Assembly (NCBI GenBank): GCA_964016885.1
Contig: OZ024740.1
Span: 354,082,001 to 354,146,000, forward strand
Direction of reading: 5' to 3'
Source of the DNA: Eledone cirrhosa
Lineage: Eukaryota
Length of the DNA stretch: 64,000 nucleotides
Made by a program: the position numbers and the translations under genes. Shown in pieces: positions 56,395 through 64,000 of this stretch. The first letter of the stretch is position 1, and each line of letters begins with the position of its first letter. Below the pieces are notes generated by a model. The model was not told the DNA's origin and ran no database searches. It saw nothing but the letters and a program-made list of their open reading frames with translations.

Positions 56395-59300
56395 CATACA
56401 CACACACACACATTAATAACAATAATAATAATAATAATAACAAAAATAATAATAACGACAACAACAATAATCATATACATATATATATACACATACACGC
56501 ACGCACATAAGCATATCTATACACACACACACGATAGCAACTAACAGCGCTGCGATTGAATGTGGCTTTTTAGACCAGCCAATGATCTAAAATGTCTTGC
56601 ACAGAGTCGGCAACCAAAACATTCACTGGGAATAGTCGGCTGTGGTTGGAGTTTGTGTACTTTTGCATGTCGCTTGAGCCCTCCTGATGATTTACATTCT
56701 CTACCACATGTTTGGCAAGCATGATGAGTAGCATATCCAACAGCAGCCTGGTAGTCAACCACTGGTCTTACTTTATGACTGCGAAGATGACTTTCGAGTC
56801 CAGCTTTGCTTAGGCAGAGTCTCGCACAGATGCTGCATGTCAGCACCATAGGAGGACCCTCGCCGTCTGGAAGTGCAACAGCAATGCCCTTCCTCACATC
56901 CTGCTTTACTTTCTCGTATGCGATTCGAGATGCCTCAAAGGCAACTTTTCCCTCATATACAGTCTTTCTCCATTTATTACGATCAGCAGCAATATTTTCC
57001 CATGTATCAGCAGAGATGTTAACGTCTTTCAGAGAGGCTTTCAAGGAATCCGTATACCTCTTTTTTGGTTTATGTGGCGGTCATTTTCCTTTAACCAACT
57101 CTCCATAAAAGAGTTGTTTTGGTATTCTAGAATCCTTCATCCTGGCAAGGTGACCACTCCAACGGAGTCGTTGCTTAAGCACAAGAGCTTCTATACTGTC
57201 ACACATAGAGCTTTCCAAAATCTCGACATCACTGATGTGGTCCCTCCAGTGAACGCCATGGATCCGTCTGAGACACATCTGATGGAAACGCTCCAATTGC
57301 TTAAGGTCGTGTCGATATGTGACTCAGGTCTCGCAGGCATAAAGAAGACAAGAGAGCACATATGCCCTGTACACCTTTACCTTTGTCCTCCTGCATATGT
57401 CTCGCCGACCCCAGAGTCGCCTTTCTAGCTTTCCGAAAGCATCATTTGCTTTCCTAATCCTAAGTGAGATTTCACTATCAAGGTTGCTGTATCGATTGAC
57501 AGTGGTTCCCAGGTAGACAAACTGATCAACCACTCCAAGTCGTTTGCCATACACATAGATGTTTGGTTCAGTGTACTGCTTACCAGGGGCAGGTTGGTAC
57601 ATGACGACGGTTTTCTTGAGACTGACAGTCAATCCTAGGGCAGTGCAAGCGTCAGAAAATGCATTCAAAATATGCTGCATATCACTCTCTGTGTGCGCTA
57701 CAGGATCGCAATCATCTGCATACAAGAGGTCTCTTATGATTGATGTAAATACTTTTGTCTTCGCAGCAAAGCGCCTGATGTTAAATATGCTGCCTGAGGT
57801 TCGATATCGGATGTAAACACCATGCTCGCAATTCCTGAATGCAATACAGAAAACCATTGCAAAATATATGGCAAACAGGGTCGGTGCTGGAATATCCCCC
57901 TGTTTCACTCCATTTTTTACTGAGATAGGCTCCGACATGTTACCTCCAACATTAACCCAAGCCTTCATGTCGTCATGGAAAGACCTAACTAAAGCAAGGA
58001 ACTTATCAGGGCAACCAAGTTTCTGGAGAACCTTCCATAATGCATCTCTGTTAACAGTATCGAAAGCTTTTGTCAGATCGACAAAAACCTGATACAGATC
58101 CAAGCCTTGTTCCATGCACTTCTCCTGGAGCTGTCTAGCTGAGAAGATCATATCAGTAGTGCCGTGTCCAGCACGAAAACCAGATTGACTTTCAGGAAGA
58201 ACACAATCTGCAATGTGTGTCAGCAGACGGTCCAGAAGCACCCTACATAAAACTTTCCCTACGACAGAAAGCAATGATATACCTCTGTAGTTCCCACAAT
58301 CATTCCTGTTACCCTTTCCCTTGTACAAGACCACCATTACTGCATCTCTCCAGTCCTCAGGCACGGATTCATTAGCCCACATCCTGCCAAACAAAGAGTG
58401 AAGATGTTGCAGGAGTCTCTCACCACCATATTGTAGGAGCTCAGCATGTATGCCATCCATACCTGGAGATCTTCCACTGTTCAGCTTCGAAATAGCCACT
58501 GCAACCTCCACAAGCGTCGGAGGTTCTGCGAGAGCTACTTTCACAGGACTTTCTGGAATGAGATTGAGGAAATCTTCACTGACGACAGACGGCTGATTCA
58601 AAAGATCATCAAAGTGCTCTCGCCACCTTCGTAGAATTCCTTGTGAGTTACGAAGAAGTTCTTTGCCATCCTTGCTGCGAAGCGGTGTCACCAAAGAAGA
58701 AGACGGTCCATAAACCTCGCGCAAGAGGCTGCACAACAGCTTTGTGTCATTGGAATCTGACGCAGTTTGTATCTCACCAGCCTTCTCACTCCACCACTGA
58801 TCCTTCATCTGAGAAAGACTCCGCCTAACACGTGATTTTACATCCCTGAGTTCCTCATGCAACGTATTCCTCTCCTGTGGTTTTGCCGTCAAGTAGCGTG
58901 ACAGAGCACGCCTCTTATCAGCCAACAAGTCTTCTATATGTACATCATTCTCATTAAACTAGTCCTGATGTTTTCTCTGCACCAATCCCAGAACACGTCT
59001 GCCTACATCATAAACCGACTTTTTAAGGGTCGGCCAATCCTCACCAAGATCTGCAGCCTGCATCTCTTCTTCCAATGTCCTCTTCACATTTTTATCCTTA
59101 AGACGAGCAACATTCAATCTTTTGGGCAGGGCAACACCAGGAGCCCGGATTTTACGTTTAGTGATTAGTTTCACTTTTGCGCATACCAGGCGGTGGTCCG
59201 TCCAGCACTCAGCTCCACGAAGAGCACGAACACACTGCACATCCTGTCTGTCATGCATCCTGACTAGGACGTAGTCCAAAAGATGCCATTCCTTAGATGC

Positions 59301-60448
59301 AGGATGCATCCATGTGGTCTTGAATTTGTTCTTTTGTTGGAACATGGTGTTGGTAACACACAGATCCAGCTCCTCACACATCTGCAGCAGGAGCATACCA
59401 TTGTTGTTACACTTTCCCACCCCATGCCTTCCGATTACATTCCATGTGTTAAAATCCCGACCCACTCTAGCATTAAAGTCACCAAGCACGATGACTTTGT
59501 CTGCCTGAGGGATATTTCTTAAAACACTTTTCAAGGCATGGTAAAAGGACACTTTTTCTTCATCGACAGAATTCATAGTTGGAGTGTACACACTCACCAG
59601 GGTAGCATATCTTCCTTTGTCCAGCAGAACTCTCATGGACATAAGATGCTCACTAATCCCTACTGGGAATTCTTCTAATTTATTCACAAGTACAGTCTTA
59701 ACAGCAAATCCTACCCCAGCCTCTCTTCTGGTTCCTTCATCTCTTCCTTTCCAGAAGAATGTATATTCTCCACAAAATTCCGTAAGATGACCATCTCCAG
59801 CTAACCTCGTCTCAGATAAAGCCACGATGTCAAGATTGTAACGTCGAAGCTCCTTTGCAACAAGAGCAGTCCTTCGTTCAAGACGCTCCAAGGAATCCCT
59901 ATCAAGCAGCGTCCGTACGTTCCAGCAGCCAAGACTAAATGCCTTGTTTGGCTCTATTACAATGGCACAATGACGAGCGGGCCCAGGCTGTGATAACCTG
60001 GGGCCCCTGCCCTTATTGCCAATTATCTTTTTTGTTCCAGAACCTAAATTGCCAATTATCTCTTTTATATTGTTCTGGAACATCATTGAATTGGGAAAAA
60101 AAAAAAAAAAAAAGTAATAATAATAGTAATAATAATAATAATAGTACACTATTAATAATTATTAATGCACTCGTGCAATGCCTGTGCGTGACGAATATTT
60201 TTAAAGTGAGGAAAGACTGTGCACTGAGCCAATCCCACTCTCTGAGCGACAGTAGCTATAACCCGAAAAGAAGAAAAGATCAACATCATCGGTAACTACT
60301 GAGCCGCAGGTTTTATGTCGGAGTTAACCCAGTTTCCTGAGATGCCTTCTCCTAGAAGAATGCCCTGACAAGGGCTAGGGGTTCTTCACTCCCAGTGGTT
60401 TAACTGCGCGATCGGGCATCCAGCCCGATTATTTCAATGTCCCCGCGC
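56298..60448 (-). mobile_element. Essentially full-length RTE/BovB-type LINE with C-terminal C2H2 fingers, inactivated by three nonsense changes
   Basis: APE (WNVRTLLDR, ERRTALVAKEL, ALSETR, GDFNARVG, TDHRLV) and RT (NYRGISLLS, DLTKAFD, GVKQG, YADD, FVYLG), LRWSGH. The track ORFs 58959-60149, 57324-58928, 57081-57296 and 56541-57044 are all one frame. GC-rich 5' UTR to ~60448; 3' terminal motif at ~56298-56343. Same strand as MRPL22, probably intronic. Confidence 0.92.
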
Positions 60449-60595
60449 AAAAAAAAAAAAAAAAAACTCACTTATTGACACTTATACGTACGACATACAC
60501 ACACGCGCATACATATGCGCGCGCACAGACGCATACATACGTGCGCACACAGCAACACTCATACATACAAACAAACACACACACGCTACTCACTT

Positions 60596-60631
<36 letters not shown>

Positions 60632-60770
60632 TACCGTCATGATACAAGATTACAAGATTATGTCAACTGTTGACTTTCAAGAGTTTGTATAGTTGAAGCC
60701 GTTCGTATTACAGTCCAGTATTATTATAATTGCTTTACAGCACAGAGTTATGGCTCTCCACGCTCTGAGC

Positions 60771-60817
<47 letters not shown>

Positions 60818-62886
60818 CATACATACATTTTTCCTTAGTGTGCAAATTTTCTTCTCACTGCCTGCAACCAGGCAGGTCACTGTTATAGTTTCAATGTAAC
60901 TTGCAGATAGTGCATGAAAATTTTAATACTAAGAAATAAATTATATATATAGACTAAAGGATTGTTTCATTTAGTTGAAATATTCAAAAAATCTGAAATC
61001 AGAATAAAATTGTAAACAATAAGATTATTTAAAAAGCCAATGAAATATATTTCCCATCATCATTTGACAACTTTGTTGGGGATCAAGGCAGTACTTAACA
61101 GGAGCTACCTAGAAGAGTCAGGGGATCATGTCCTTCTCAGATATGTTCAATTTTAGCAGAGTTTCTACAGCTGAATGCTCTTCCTAATGCTAACCATTTT
61201 ACAGTGTACTGGGTGCATTTTATTGTGGCACCAGCATTAAAGAGGTTGTCTTGTCCTTGATACAACCAAGGAGTCCTCTCTACCCTCTTCATCATTTGTT
61301 TAGACATCATAAATCTAAACTTTTTGACATCTAAGAAATTACTGATTTTCTGATCTTAAGTACAAGGCATTAGATTTATAGGACAAGAAAGTGAGAAAAC
61401 TATGTCATCAATATCTTTCTTAAATACAGCAGAAATGTAAAAAAGACAAAGGACTGTAATGAAGAATTGAAAGTAAATTGTAAATTCAGAGAGTGTATGT
61501 GTACTACAAAGTCACATGTAAAAAATGAAGTTCCTTATACATTAGAAGTACAATCTGGATGCTGCACATACAGATCAGGGAACACATTACAATGGGAGCT
61601 TCATCTATCAAAAGACATTGAGGTCACCATAGAGGCGAGTGAAAGGAATGTGGGTAATTTAAGAATAAATAATATAAGATAAAATAATTTAAGATAAATA
61701 ATATATTGGAAATGCACAAAGCAGATTGGCAACTATAATGACTCTATGCATGCATATTTCAGACACGTACACCAGTTAAAGAAGAACACATCAATCATTT
61801 GTTTTTGTTTTGAACTGTTTCCGTTTCATATTTAAATATCAAGTTGAAATATACTGGGTAAAACATTACTTTATTTTGTTTTATTTATCATTTGCCCTTT
61901 ATATATTTCTACTGCATTGAACTGGCTTTTTGAAATAATTGTTTCTACTTTAGGCACAAGGCCAGCAATTACCCAGTACATTACTGGTACTTTATTTTAT
62001 CGACCCCGTAAGGATGAAAGGCAAAGTTAACCTCGGCGGGATTTGAAATGATCAGTCATTTATTACATATCTCACAATGCTTCATATTAACTATACTACA
62101 ATAAATTCAGATTATATAACATTTAGTATAATACAAATTTATAGGAGAGAAAGATATGGTTGTAGGCCTTTCTCAAGTGTTAAAGAAATATGATTAGATT
62201 TCATTCCGAAAAGAAACTAGATTTACTCTTATAACATTCCCCGAAGATCTTACATAATATTGATGTCTCGCTTTGACATAAAGTTAATGTTTCTAAAGAA
62301 AAGGGATATAGTTGATAGAATCGATTTCAGTATATTACTGATCTTTAGTTTATTGATCCATGATGGGATGAAAGACAAAAATCTACCTCGATCATATTTC
62401 AACTCAGAATATAGTGAACTAAAACTAAACACTACTAGATACTTAAGACAACATGGCAGTCTAGCATTTCTGCCACATTAGACAGTTTACAGTAGCAACA
62501 ATGCTCTATAAAATGCACACAAGTCAGGCACATCAAATCTTAGAGTAATCTGGTCATTGCCGTATGAAAGATGCTCTTTTATGAGGATTAGTATATTCTT
62601 ATCTGTACACAAGCACTTAAAATTTGATGCCAAGAACCACATTAGACAGAAACTTTCTACATTTGACTCTCAAAATAAGGAACAAACTTCCAGAAGCCAT
62701 TTCAGCAAAAAGGATAAGACTTTCAAATCCCTTGTTACTCTCATCGTTAAAAATGCAGTGAAGTTGCGATTGGTTTATTTGAAACTTATTTCAACGAAAA
62801 TATTCACCAAATACTATTGTTCACAAATGCATGTAATATAAAAAAAAATACCTGAAAGAAATAATAATTCTTTCAAATATTGGCAC

Positions 62887-63632
62887 TCATCATCATCACC
62901 GTTTTACGTCCGTTCTTCCACGCTAGCATGGGTTAGACGGGTTGTCCTGTTGTGGGCAGTGTCTGGTCGGCTGACCATGCCTTGCTCATACAGGAACTGA
63001 TTTGGCTTGATTTCTACAGCTGGATGCCCTTCCTAACACCAACCTCATTTACAGTGTGGGCTGGGTGCTTTTTCGTGGCGCCTACACGTCCACTTTACAG
63101 TGTGGGCTGGGTGCTTTTTTGCCGTGGCACCTCCACGACCACCTTGCGGTGGGGGGTGTGGGGGCATACTGTCTATATGCTTCAGCTTGTACCCATGGGA
63201 GGTCGGGTACTCTGTATTACTGCGTGACGCCAGAGGTCACAGTCGTGTGTCATTGCCTTTAAGAGGTGTAATTGGGTAAGGTCGGCTTTTATCACCTCAT
63301 CCCAGGTCATCTTGGGTCTCCCCACTCCGCGGTTTCCATCGACTTCTAGTGCTCTGCACCTTTTTATGCAGCTGTCATCCTTTATACGCATTACATGTCC
63401 ATACCAGCGCAGCCGCCTCTCCTGCACACAGCATTTGATTCCTCTTATGCTCAGTCTCTCTCTCAATTCATTTATGCTTTGTCGTTCACGTATATTACTG
63501 TTACACATCCATCGGAGCATGCAGGCTTCGTTTCTCTCTAATCTACGTAAGTCTTCCACCTTCAGCGCCCAGGTCTCACTACCATGCAACATTGCTGTTC
63601 GGATACATGCATCATACAGTCTGCCTTTCATT
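62887..63632 (-). mobile_element. 3' fragment of RTE (second subfamily) with long 3' UTR
   Basis: [29 protein letters not shown]; UTR with tandem cassettes and (TGA)n end; same layout as 7293-8556. Confidence 0.9.
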
Positions 63633-64000
63633 CTGGCACTAGGCCAGCAATTTGAGGGAAGAGGAAAGTCAATTACATCGACCCCAGTACTTAACAGGTA
63701 CTTTATCATAGATCCTAGAAGAATGAAAGGCAAAGCAGACCTCGGTGAGATTTGAACTTAGAACATAAAGATCTAGAACAAATACTGTTAAGCATTTGTC
63801 CGACATTTTAACGACTCTGCCAATCCACCGCACTCCTTAAAGAAATAATAATATTAACCCTTTTGATAATCAACCCGCCCCAAACCATCTCTGGTTTTAT
63901 GAAATGTAAATTCATCCATTTTAAAGGTTTTCTATTTAAGTTAAAATCTTCCTACATAATTTTATATAAAAACCATGTTAAGTCACTATCTTAGTAATGA

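Noticed and set aside
57324-58961. TGG to TAG/TGA stops in the BovB-like ORF as APOBEC-type editing
   Set aside because: Only two events and no comparator; ordinary transitions suffice.
60500-64000. First coding exon(s) of MRPL22
   Set aside because: No ATG exon with a convincing phase 2 donor identified; probably tiny or outside the window.

Overview
AT-rich, repeat-dense animal genomic DNA. The repeat complement (tRNA-type SINEs, RTE LINEs, huge (AT)n tracts) suggests an octopod cephalopod, which is an inference. Most long ORFs in the track are microsatellite artefacts. Real host genes: (1) five exons of a DHRSX-like short-chain dehydrogenase on + (17448-28351; first exons not seen); (2) a single ~4.1-kb open exon encoding an unrecognised acidic, low-complexity ~1350-aa protein on + (33641-37721); (3) five exons of mitochondrial ribosomal protein MRPL22 on - (56125-41362; first exon(s) not seen). 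Introns and intergenic DNA hold RTE LINEs with a PHD finger inside the RT, a full-length BovB-type RTE with three C2H2 fingers, CR1-type copies, Penelope and R4/Dong remnants, two SINE families, and piggyBac-, mariner- and hAT-type MITEs. Best lead: the CR1-type copy at ~52100-53535 carries a dense, strand-specific A-to-G signature. By hand alignment to a second copy in this window there are 14 A>G versus 1 G>A differences. This is what would be expected if an ADAR-hyperedited RNA had been reverse-transcribed and fixed in the genome. Also notable: minimal type I hammerhead ribozyme motifs (39668-39710, 19709-19760) and a 134-bp-arm foldback in a probable DHRSX intron.
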